64,000 bases of DNA, taken from positions 190,154,001 to 190,218,000 of the forward strand of contig NC_042998.1 in assembly GCF_006345805.1 (NCBI RefSeq). Direction: 5' to 3'. Each line of letters starts with the position of its first letter. Position 1 is the stretch's first letter. This document shows, one piece after another, positions 26,466-37,444 of the stretch. The notes below the pieces were generated by a model. It had not been told where the DNA came from. It was given only the letters and a program-made list of their open reading frames with translations, and ran no database searches. The position numbers and the translations under genes were made by a program. Source of the stretch: Octopus sinensis (lineage: Eukaryota).

Positions 26466-26790
26466 TATATGAAAGAAGGTTTGAAAATTCAATTTTAAAA
26501 GATGTTTATTTACTTCACCGGTTTCACTCTTTAGAAAAAGTTTGGTTGTGTTAATTATTGGTTGTCACAAAATACTACAATACATATATTCATTCTTTGG
26601 TTTCCCTTCTAAAGTGTTCTTAACATGTTCTTGTTACCAAAGAATGTATATATGTATTGTAGTATTTTGTGACAACCAATAATTAACACAACTAAACTTT
26701 TACATGTTACTTTTGACAATATTTTTCTAAAAAGTGAAACCGGTAAAGTAAATAAACATCTTTTAAAATTGCATTTTCAAACCTTCTTTC

Positions 26791-26794
<4 letters not shown>
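26466..26794. repeat. Fold-back palindrome, arms ~140 bp
   Basis: atatgaaagaaggtttgaaaat..cattctttggt pairs with accaaagaatg..attttcaaaccttctttcatat; ~24-bp insertion in the right arm; ~35-nt loop. Confidence 0.85.
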
Positions 26795-26869
<75 letters not shown>

Positions 26870-27741
26870 GTGTGTATGTATGTATGTATGTATGTATGTA
26901 TATCATAGTTACAATACGATATATCCCACACGAGACAACGAGAACTCTGCGAGTCTTCTTGCTAGGAAAAAGCAACCTAATCTTCATCTCCGTCTATCGT
27001 TTTAGAAAAACAATAGCACAGCGGAGTATACAGTTCAATGAGATGGTTTACCACTAGAATGTCTTTCATCATGAGTCTGCTTAATCACAGACCTAGAGTC
27101 ATAAGTTACGTATATCACAGGACCTATAAGTATGTCACATTATTTCTACAATATATCAGGCTGGATAATACAATGTATCTCTATCATTCATACGATTATT
27201 TTATCGTATCGTGCAATTTATTTCATTGGTTCTTAAAGTTTATGGCATTAATCCTCACAGAATTCAGAACAAGCACGTAATACTATCAGAATTACATACG
27301 TCTTAGCTGCAATGGCTGGACTAATTGACGTACAAGTTTTTGTTGAAGGTACGATGAAAATAACTAATAAATATTTATGCTCGAGACAGCATGTTTAGAA
27401 ACTCTAAGATAAGTTTAATGTGGTTCAACTACAGTTTTTAAGCCGTTCGCTTCTCTATATAAAGAGAATAACAAAATGTGTTCACATTTGTTCCACTACG
27501 ATAGATGTAAAACCTGTAGTGAATTTATGTGAAATACACACACACACACACACATACAGAGAGAGAGAGATACATATACTTACATACATATATATGCTTA
27601 TATACATACATATATGAAAATATACATAAATACAGACAAATAGACAGTCAGGCAGAAACATAATGATTAATTCACATGTATATTATATGTGTGCGTTTGT
27701 ATGTATGCGAGTGTGTAGTTATATATAAAAATATGTATATA

Positions 27742-27814
<73 letters not shown>

Positions 27815-28575
27815 GTGTGTATATATATATATGTATGTATGTATGTACGTATGTATATGTATATATATATAGAGAGAGAGATACACACATATATGTATTT
27901 ATATATAAAGGTCTGTATTTACATACATACGTACATACATACATACATACATACATACATACATACATACATACATACATACATACATACATACATACAT
28001 ACATACATACATACATACATAGGTATGTATGTATTTACGAATCTATGAGTGTGTAATTTTTTTTGCAGTAACGTATTTGGTTTTCGAAATAGGAAAATGA
28101 ATTCTTGAAATATTGTCGAAAGTTTACAATATAAAATTATAGACAAAATGAAAGTGAAACAAAATAAATGTTCAGACTGGCAATATGACAAAAGGTATAA
28201 GATGAAATGTACGAAAATTAATAAGTGGAAAATTCAACGAAATACTTCTATTGCTAATAATAAACAGTGTGAATATATTCGAATTGAATAAGCACCAACA
28301 TTGTTAAGATAAATTCCAGAAAGAATTGAAACACAGCAGTAGCATCGTGTATATGAAATATCCAAGTATAATTCCCAAGCTCAGTGTTCGTATATGTATG
28401 TATATAAGTATATATTTATGTGTGTATGTATGCATACGTATATATATATATATGTGTGTGTGTTGGTGTCCTGTACCCATATATGCATGTATATATACAT
28501 GTAGATGTAGGTACGTACATATATGTATGTATATATGCATATGTTTTATTTATTAATTTGTTATTATTTTTATAT

Positions 28576-28607
<32 letters not shown>

Positions 28608-28689
28608 CATACATAATATATACACATATGTATACATACAAATATGTATGTAAATATATATATATGTACACATACATATATGTATATAA

Positions 28690-28778
<89 letters not shown>

Positions 28779-29659
28779 CATACATACATACGTGTGTGTG
28801 TGTAAATGTGTGTGTGTGTGTGCGTAATTTCTCTGCCTGTCACAACGATACTAAAACTTACTAGATTTTTGTCAAAGCAAGATTTCTGCAAAGACAAGTA
28901 GCGACTTCCTTTTCCACATCTGCTGCTGTCATTTAATCTTAACAACAACAACAATAAATATAGCAAAAGAAAAACAAAAGAACAAAATGTTGCATTTATG
29001 AGATGAAGCTTTTAAATCTTAATTGCGACCATTCTCTTCTTCTTTTTCTCTCTACCTAGCTAACCTGTCATACACTGTCAAATTCAATACAACTTTTCCT
29101 GTGTTTTTCTTTATTGTTATTTTAAACTTTATTCTTTCTTTTTCACGGTGTCTTTTCTCTTGAAATGATCTACCTTGCCCACCTTAGTTGATAATCCGGA
29201 GAGGTACATTTAATCTCACTACACTGAGATTTCACTTCAGTCAAAATTCCATTTCCGATTCTAGAAAAATACTGTTAAAAATTCTCCTGATTCACTGATT
29301 CAGAACTGAGCTCTCCAGTCTGCAGATGTCAGTCAATGGATTACATCCATGAACTGAGATGAACTTCTAATTCAATTGATTATAGATTCAGTCTGTGTCA
29401 AAGAAGCGAATTCGTTAAAAATTGAAGGAATGTGTCGAGATGAATTTCATACGTAGCAATTAAATAAAGTAGTTATTTCAGTAAACTGGTAAATTCTTTA
29501 AATACTGGTCACAACACTTTATATAATTTTTTTGATTTCAGCCATTTTTCTACCTCGTTTATAACCCAGTTTACTTTCTGAATATTGTTCTAAGCCAACA
29601 GATTTTTTTCGTATCATTACTGAAATATTGATGCTCGAGTTTTTTTTTTATAAAACATT

Positions 29660-30310
29660 ATCATTTATATAAACTATTGTACTATTTCTAATATTCTTAT
29701 CCTATTTCCAAAATACTAATTCTATTTTGAAACAGAATTGTTCTAATTCCAGATTATTGGCCTTATTTTGAGATGGTTTTCCTACTTCTAAAAGATTGTC
29801 CTAGTCCTAAAATAATATTTTATCGATAAAAAGCTAATTCAGTATCAAGACAATTTATCCTACTTATGAAACATTGTTCTATTTCTAAAATATTGTTTTA
29901 TTTCTATACTACTGGCCTATTCCCAAAATATTATCTTAATTCTAAAATATTTGTCCAACGCCTGAAATAGTGTCCTTCATAAAGTATTGTTCTATTCCTA
30001 AAATACTGTCCACTTTCTAAAACATTGTTCTACTCCTAAAATTGTGATCTTCTTAAAATATTGTCCTATTCCTAAAACGTTGTCCTATTCCTAAAATATT
30101 GTCCTTAAAATAGTGGTCTAATTCCAAAATATTCCTAAAATGCTCTATTCCCAAAATATTATTCCACGCCTAAAACAGTGTCCTTCCTAAAATATTGTCT
30201 TTTTTCAAAAATATTCGCTTGCTTCTAAAACACTGTCCTAATTTTAAACTATTGTTTTATTCTTAAAATATATCCTACTTCTAAAATAATTTTCCATTTC
30301 TAAACTATTT
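29660..30310. repeat. Degenerate ~19-bp minisatellite (ttgtcctattcctaaaata)
   Basis: Best units at 30060-30105, decaying outward. Confidence 0.75.
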
Positions 30311-31387
30311 ATTTACTCTGTCCAATTTAATATTGTCAATATTTAGACGTGATTCATAAAATAAAAACAAATTTGAAGGCTAATGAGATCGGTAAAATAG
30401 ATATTGATTACTTTTTGCTCAGTTACGTATTGCAGAAACGGTAACAAGTCTGCCAAAATACTCCGCACTAATTCGCGTTTTATTTTCATCACATCTTTGC
30501 ACTCTGAGTTCGAATCGCAACGAGGTCAACTTTGCCTTTCGTTCTTCCAAGATTGGTAAATAAGTACACCAATTACTGGCGTTGGTAAAAAAAAAAAAAA
30601 AAGAAATTGTGGAGAAAACTAATCAAACATTATTTTCACAATCTGATCAGTGATTTGATCATAACGAAATATTTTATAAAATTAGAATTTATCAGAAAAT
30701 TATTCAATTTTCTGTGTATGTATATTTTCAATAAAATTATGATTTCATAAATTCAAGATGTCTTTATTCGTCTATAAAAGATTCCTGTATTAATTAATGT
30801 ATTACTCACTTGAAAAGATTTTACAACCATAATTCGTATTTCTTCCTACTGATATTTGATCTGTTTTGATCTTCTGAATAAAATTTACAAGACTGTTTTC
30901 CTTTAATAGATGTTTTCTTGGCTAGACGTTCGTTTCTGTTCATCTCTTTTATTCTTATACGTGAATGTGTTTGTGTATGTTTGTGTAATTGTACGTATAA
31001 TTCTTTTATATATAATCGTACAGAGAATATACCCAGCAACATTGCTCCTTATTCTTTCCCTTCAATTTTGTCATGACTAGTAGTGAAAAGACACTCTTAT
31101 CGCTACTATATCAAGAAAGCTATATAAATATATGGAGAAAAATATACTTTTGTACTGGTTTTAGTCACTAGACAGCAACTATACTGGGGCACCGACTTGA
31201 AGGTTTTAGGTCAATTATATCCACTCCAGTGCTTGCCATTTTTTTTCTGATTTGTTACTTATTTTAGTGATCTCTTTGTGTCTAACCGGACATAAACACA
31301 TACACCGTCTTCTAAATTTTTTCCAACAATATTAAAACAGACCTTAAGACAGCTGCACAAAAGAGAAATAAGCACACGCACAGAGAT

Positions 31388-31424
<37 letters not shown>

Positions 31425-31608
31425 AATACATACACACACATACACAAATACATACGCACACACCAACGTATTCATATATATATATACAAATGTATACATA
31501 TAGGCATGTATATATCAATATGTATACATACATATAAATATGCAGTCATACATACATGCATACATACATACATACATACATACATACATACGTACGTACG
31601 TACGTACA

Positions 31609-31644
<36 letters not shown>

Positions 31645-31696
31645 TAAGTTCAGTAAAAATTTAGATTCAGTTGAATATGGCACTTAAGTTAAAGGC

Positions 31697-31788
31697 ACCA
31701 GAATTTAGTATGGTATTATCCATATAATTCAAAATGGGGTGATCACCTAATTTTGAATTATATGGATAATACCATACCAAATTCTGGT
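31697..31788. repeat. 92-bp near-perfect palindrome centred on ggtgatcacc
   Basis: 39-bp arms with one mismatch; the 14-nt centre is itself mostly self-complementary. Confidence 0.9.
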
Positions 31789-32242
31789 ACATACATATAT
31801 ACATATGTAAGTGTGCGTGTGTATGTATGCGTGTATTTTTCGATAGGCTGACGGCAACAACTGAGGCGAAACTTCGAGGTCACTTGCAAACTCTACTGTA
31901 GTGAGTGATTATTCAATTAATATTTCACTGTGTTTGTATATAACTATGCTAAAAACATATATATTACGATGTGGTGGAGCGATGAAAGCATGCTTGTAAA
32001 AAAATCTGTTTTGATATAACAGTGTAAAACGGTGCATCATTCTCCGCTCCTTAACTTCAAAAGGCAACGTAGCAATTGATTGAATACACTGTTAAATTAA
32101 GTATTGAACTGAAGTAAGAGCTGGAATCAATATGACTGACTAGAAAACCCTTAAAGGCGATGCTCCAGCTTGACTAAAACCACTAAAAGAATATATTTTA
32201 AAATATTAAGATGGATGTATGGTAAAAATTACATACCTGTGT

Positions 32243-32662
32243 AGGCGCAGGAGTGGCTGTGTGGTAAGTAGCTTGCTTACCAACCACATGGTTCTGGGTT
32301 CAGTCTTCTACTATAGCCTCGGGCCGACCAAAGCGTTGTGAGTGGATTTGGTAGACGGAAACTGAAAGAAGCCCGTCGTATATATGTATATATATATATG
32401 TGTGTGTGTGTGTTGTGTTGTGTGTGTGTGGTGTGTGTGTGCGTGTTTGTGCGTGTTTGTGTCTGTTTGTTCCCTCAACATCGCTTGACAACCGATGGCG
32501 GGGTGTTTAAGTCCCCGTAACTTAGTGATTCGGCAAAGGAGGCCGATAGAATAAGTACTAGGCTTCCAAAGAATAAGTCCTGGGGTCGATTTGCTCTACT
32601 AAAGGCGGCGCTCCAGCATGGCCACAGTCAAATGACTGAAACAAGTAAAAGAGTAAAAGAGT
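32243..32662 (+). mobile_element. SINE family A with a small internal deletion
   Basis: Lacks the ccactgcgtggcaccttgggcaagtg segment; otherwise colinear with 24539-24945. Confidence 0.9.
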
Positions 32663-33213
32663 ACCTATAGAATGAAATGCCGTGAAGAAGTTCACCTTTT
32701 AACGTGATTTGTAAAAGAAATAAAACTTAAGCACTCATACACACATGTACCCGCACAAGCGCCGGCGATTCCTTGCTACCCGGTGCATTTTGATCAAATA
32801 AGTTTGACTATTATCGTCTCGCTGAAACGGACTGAACTATCTGTAGAACTGTTTGCTGTTAAAATGAAAGAAAGTGTAAAAACGAATATGCTCCTTAGAT
32901 ATCGTGTGAAAGTTGTGAAAATGTCAAATGAAATTTTTTTTTGCATTGTTCTTTGCACCTATGAAGATGTAATTGCATTTGTCAAAAAACACGTGAATAG
33001 CCTATGGATTATTTTTGCTCCAATTCAGACTATGTTGTTGGTTCTTCGTATTTTTAAAATAAATTTACACCTAAGCATTTTGTATCGTGTGAGTTGATGT
33101 TTCAGTGTTATATAAATATTTCGTTTTAAAACCCAAATAATCTGAGTTATGAACTTATGTAAAAATTATATATATATTTATTATACCATATCTGCACCAA
33201 AATCCTGTATTGA

Positions 33214-33796
33214 TTTCAAATTTTGCCACACGGCCAACAACTTCGAGCGCAGCGGATAAGTTGATTACATCGACCCCCACTGCTCAACTGGTCCTAATTT
33301 ATTGACTCTGAAAGAATAAAAAAACAAAATCGACCCCGGTGGAATTTGAACTCAAAATGTAAAGACGGACGAAATACCTATTTCTTTACTACCCACAAGG
33401 GGCTAAACACAGAGGGGACAAACAGGGACAGACAAACGGATTAAGTCGATTATATCGACTCCAGTGCGTAACTGGTACTTATTTAATAGATCCCGAAAGG
33501 ATGAAAGGCAAAGTCGACCTCGGCGAAATTTGAACTCAGCACGTAGCGACGGCCGAAATACCTATTTCTTTACTACCCACAAGGGGCTCAACACAGAGAG
33601 GACAGACGAGGACAGTCAAACGGATTAAGTCGATTACATCGACCCCAGTGCGTAACTGGTACTTAATTAATCGACCCCGAAAGTTTGAAAGGCAAAGTCG
33701 ACCTCGGCGAAATTTGAACTCAGAACGTAACGGCAGATGAAATACGGCTACGCATTTCGCCCGGCGTGCTAACGTTTCTGCCAGCTCGCCGCCTTA
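33214..33796 (-). mobile_element. Head-to-tail trimer of SINE family B
   Basis: Units 33214-33378 (old tail), 33379-33562 and 33563-33796; both junctions read gaaatacc|tatttctttactacc. Confidence 0.88.
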
Positions 33797-33954
33797 CCAA
33801 GATCTTATACTAATAAACAGAAGTTAATTTTTTTGTTTTGTTTTGTTTCCAAATTTGTCTTTTACTTGAATTTTTTGAAGACGAACTAAGCTTAAATATT
33901 TCTTTTCAAGACATTTACATGAATATGCATATATATATATATACTCTACCGTGG

Positions 33955-34074
33955 ATATCCTTGTTGCTTATTTTGATTATAATCACCCCATTTGATTTAT
34001 ATGGATAATACCATACAAAAATCTGGTGTCTTTAACTTAAGTACCATATTCATCTGAATCTAAATTTTGCTGAA

Positions 34075-34080
<6 letters not shown>
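33955..34080. repeat. Dispersed repeat segment, inverted relative to 31642-31744 and direct relative to 35122-35150
   Basis: atcaccccatttgatttatatggataataccatac..gctgaacttata; gatat(c/t)cttgttgcttattttgattata shared with the 35120 region. Confidence 0.8.
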
Positions 34081-34117
<37 letters not shown>

Positions 34118-34118
<1 letters not shown>

Positions 34119-34421
34119 GGAGCACTTCGTCGGTTACGACGACAAGGGTTCCAGCTGATACAATCAACGGAACAGCTTGCTCGCGAAATTAACGTGCAAG
34201 TGGCTGAGCACCCCACAGACACGTCTACCCTTAACGTAGTTGTCGGGGAGATTCAGCGTGGCACAGAGTGTGACAATGCTGTCCTTTTTGAAATACAGGT
34301 ACTTACTCATTTTTGCCAGCTGAGTGGACTGGAGCAACGTGGAATATTTCCTTTCAACGCGTCGCCGAAAACTGAACTCACGACCGTACGATCGTGTGCT
34401 AACCACTGAGCTACGCGCCTT

Positions 34422-34423
<2 letters not shown>
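34118..34423 (-). mobile_element. SINE family D (tRNA-like head, tail X shared with family C)
   Basis: Minus strand gaaggcgcgtagctcagtggttagc..gagttc; 3' ~190 bp matches 5038-5225. Confidence 0.85.
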
Positions 34424-34457
<34 letters not shown>

Positions 34458-34614
34458 CATACATATATATATATATATATGCATTAATACATAAATACGC
34501 CCCATATGTATATATATATATTTATATAAAATATAAATTAGAGATAAAACCACTATTATGCAACTCAAACAGTGATATATAAACGCGTTTTGGATTTTGT
34601 GCTTATCCTTCACC

Positions 34615-34775
34615 ACAGCTTGGCAACCAGTATTGCTTTGTTTCAGTCCTCGTAACTTAGCGGTTCACCAAAAAGCGACGATAGAATAAATACCTGCCTT
34701 TAAAACATTGTGTACTGGGGTTGATTCGTTCGACTAAACCCTTCAAGGCGATGTCTCAGCATGGCCGTGATCTAA
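34615..34775 (+). mobile_element. Old SINE family A 3' half
   Basis: gtaacttagcggttc..gatagaataaatac..ctggggttgattcgttcgactaa. Confidence 0.65.
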
Positions 34776-35026
34776 TAACAAAAAAAAAAGATCCATATAT
34801 ATGTGTGTGTATTTATTTATTTATTTATTTATTTATTATTTATTTATATTTAGATTCCCAACCTTCTAGCAGTTCAAAATAATTTAAAGAATATTCTTCA
34901 GTCAGTAGATAAACCCTACTACCTTAATGTTCTTAAAATTCAAATCGACATCTTTGTCTATATATCTACCTTCTCTATAATGTTATCAATTAATATGAAA
35001 ATTATGTATTAATGGAAAATCTCTAT

Positions 35027-35117
35027 AAATGACTGATGATTGCTCAACATTTTAAAATTGTTGTAATATTTACAATATTTAATAAAATGATGTAGCGTGA
35101 AACGATCGTACCAAATT
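35027..35117 (+). ncRNA. Type I hammerhead motif, decayed stems
   Basis: CTGATGA at 35033-35039, long imperfect AT-rich stem II, GAA-acgatcgt-A-ccaaatt; stem I degraded. Confidence 0.55.
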
Positions 35118-35160
35118 ACCGAAGATATTCTTGTTGCTTATTTTGATTATATATATATAT

Positions 35161-35548
35161 GACGATTGCTTCATGTTGACAGATGATAACCGTGCCATCA
35201 ACACACACACCCCACCCCCCAATACACAGTACTATCCCTCCGTTGATGAGCCCTCAGGTGACTTTCAAGACCAGCTGCTGATTGACAGGTTTTAAAACAC
35301 AAGTGACAGATATCATTCACGTTTCTTCTACGTCTTTGCCCTTTGGAATCTAATTCTGAAGGAATGTTTTTTATGAACTAGCATATGTCTTTTAAGTCTA
35401 GATATTGTCTTACACGTTTTGTGACATATGAGACAAGTCGTAAGAGGCGGTCGATATTCAAGATCATTACCTACCTGGACATTTCGATTTTCATGTGATT
35501 TCATATGATTCATGTATCCTGCTTTTGACAACAGAACACGATCACACA
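35161..35548 (-). pseudogene. Frameshifted fragment encoding three C2H2 zinc fingers; probable 3' end of an RTE-like LINE ORF
   Basis: ..CDRVLLSKAGYMNHMKSH, CLICHKTCKTISRLKRHMLVH and (after a +1 shift) CHLCFKTCQSAAGLESHLRAH; no TGEKP linkers; ends at a (TA)n tract. Confidence 0.7.
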
Positions 35549-35744
35549 TATATATTATATATATATATATAATATATATATATATGTGTGTGTTGTGTGT
35601 GTGTGGTGTGTGTGTGTGTGTGTGTGTGTGTATAAAGATGAAAAGGAACACACGAGTTGATATATATATACATATTATATATATATAGATATATTATATA
35701 TATATTATATTATATATATATATATTATATATAATATAATGATA

Positions 35745-35909
35745 TGACGACAATAGAATGAATGAGACCTCGATATTATGTAAATAGAGGAATTTATCTA
35801 TAAATATAATATGTGACAATTCGTTGGGTGTCATAATAAAACTCAGAGTTTCGGATGCCGGGACTGAAGTCTGCTCCGAATAACTGATGAGATGCTTGAG
35901 CAGACTTCA
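35745..35909 (-). mobile_element. Penelope-like pLTR remnant with half hammerhead, truncated by a SINE
   Basis: 13-bp hairpin ctgaagtctgctc/gagcagacttcag then tcccggcatcc-GAAAC-tctga-GTT; upstream CUGAUGA side replaced by SINE A. Confidence 0.45.
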
Positions 35910-36072
35910 GAGTGGCTCTGTGGTAAGTAGTTTGCTTACCAACCACATGGTTCTGGGTTCATTCCACTGCATGGCACCTTGGGCAAGTGTCTTCTACTAT
36001 AGCCTCGGGCCGACCAAAGCCTTGCGAGTGGATTTGGTAGACGGAAACTGAAAGAAGCCCGTTGTATATATG

Positions 36073-36117
<45 letters not shown>

Positions 36118-36300
36118 GTCTGTGTTTGTCCCCCCACTCGATGGTGGTGTGTTTACGTCCCCATAACTTAGCGGTTCGGCAAAAGAGACCGATAGAATAA
36201 GTACTAAACTTCCAAAGAATAAGACCTGGGGTCGATTTGCTCGACTAAAGGCGGTGCTCCAGCATAGCTGCAGTTAAATGACTTAAACAAGTAAAAGAGT
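35910..36300 (+). mobile_element. SINE family A
   Basis: gagtggctctgtggtaag..gcaccttgggcaagtgtcttc..gtaaaagagt. Confidence 0.9.
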
Positions 36301-36303
36301 TTA

Positions 36304-36534
36304 TATTTCTTTATTGCCCACAGGAGACTAAACATACAAGGGACAAACAAGGACAGACAAACGGATTAAGTTGATAACATCGACTCCAGTGCGTAACTGG
36401 TACTTATTTAATCGACCCTGAAAGGATCAAAGGCAAAGTTGACCTCGGCAGAATTTGAACTCAGAACGTAACGGCAGACGAAATATCGCTAAGAGCATTT
36501 CGCTCGGCGTGGTAACGATTCTGCCAGCTCGCCG
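36304..36534 (-). mobile_element. SINE family B
   Basis: Colinear with 666-899; ttattgccc tail variant. Confidence 0.9.
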
Positions 36535-36585
36535 TGGCGATTTATTTCCTCCGTCTTCCCTTCCTTGGATCTTTCCTTTTCCTAT

Positions 36586-36620
36586 GTTTCTGACGAAGAG
36601 CTCCGCTCGAAACGTTAAAT
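36586..36620 (+). ncRNA. 35-nt minimal hammerhead motif in a Penelope-like repeat (36536-36722)
   Basis: gttt-CTGACGA-a-gagc-tcc-gctc-GAA-acgt-T-aaat; loopless ACGU stem III. Confidence 0.62.
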
Positions 36621-36725
36621 CCTCCTTCTTTCTTTCCATTCCTGAGCGTCCATAACACTATACTTGTTCCACGTCCTCGCGTTGTGTTTTCTCTCTTTGT
36701 GTTTTCACGTTTGGATTAACTAAAT

Positions 36726-36798
<73 letters not shown>

Positions 36799-37391
36799 GT
36801 AATGGTGTATTGTGTGCACGTGTCTATTTTAATGTATAAAGACCTGTACTGTAACATAGTGGATCGACAAATATATCGATAAATTAAGTACCAGACCGAA
36901 ACAAGTATTAGTGCCAATATAATCAACTAAACGCTTGGATGCAGAGCAGCAGTGTCGCAGAAGAATAAAATATTAAAATATAAATTCAATAAAAGATTTT
37001 TCTGGCTTGTTGCATTTATCCAATGAAGTGACCCCACCAAAACAATAATCTTAAATTTATCCACAGCAGAAAAACGTATCTTTTATTAAAAACCGACGAG
37101 GCACCACGTTCTTCTAAAAGTAGCAATCAAATTTCTCTCTGTTTTTTTTATAAATGAAGTGACATGTGAGATAGCGTAGCCATAGAAAAACACTGTCTGA
37201 AAAACCTGCGCAATTTAGATTGTCCTGAAGCTAAAACACTGCAGCAATGATGTTCGCTTTTATTTCCTATCTGGTGGATTGGTCTTTAGTCCATTGTAAC
37301 AGACGATTGCTGTTTTGTCTAACAGAGGGAAACTGAGTCCTGAAAGAAAGTTGCTCAGAACTCAAAGTTTTAGCCTTTTTAGAGTCGTTTG

Positions 37392-37444
37392 CTTTTCTTT
37401 CCTTCTGACTCTTGTTCTCTTCTCTTTGTTATTTTCAACTGCAG
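37392..37444 (+). promoter_or_regulatory. Candidate 3' splice acceptor (branch point, polypyrimidine tract, CAG)
   Basis: cttttctttccttctgactcttgttctcttctctttgttattttcaactgcag|G in non-repeat sequence; no supporting exon homology. Confidence 0.3.

Noticed and set aside
31845-31886. CTGACGG..GAAACTTCGAGGTC motif
   Set aside because: A9 is missing, stem II has only 2 bp and stem I does not pair.
31642-34080. TIRs of a 2.4-kb DNA transposon
   Set aside because: The right copy continues into further repeat sequence also seen at 35122-35150, so these are independent pieces of a dispersed repeat.
35328-35651. Intact host C2H2 zinc-finger gene
   Set aside because: The start lies in microsatellite, the first Cys is lost, there is a frameshift before finger 3, and there are no TGEKP linkers or splice context.
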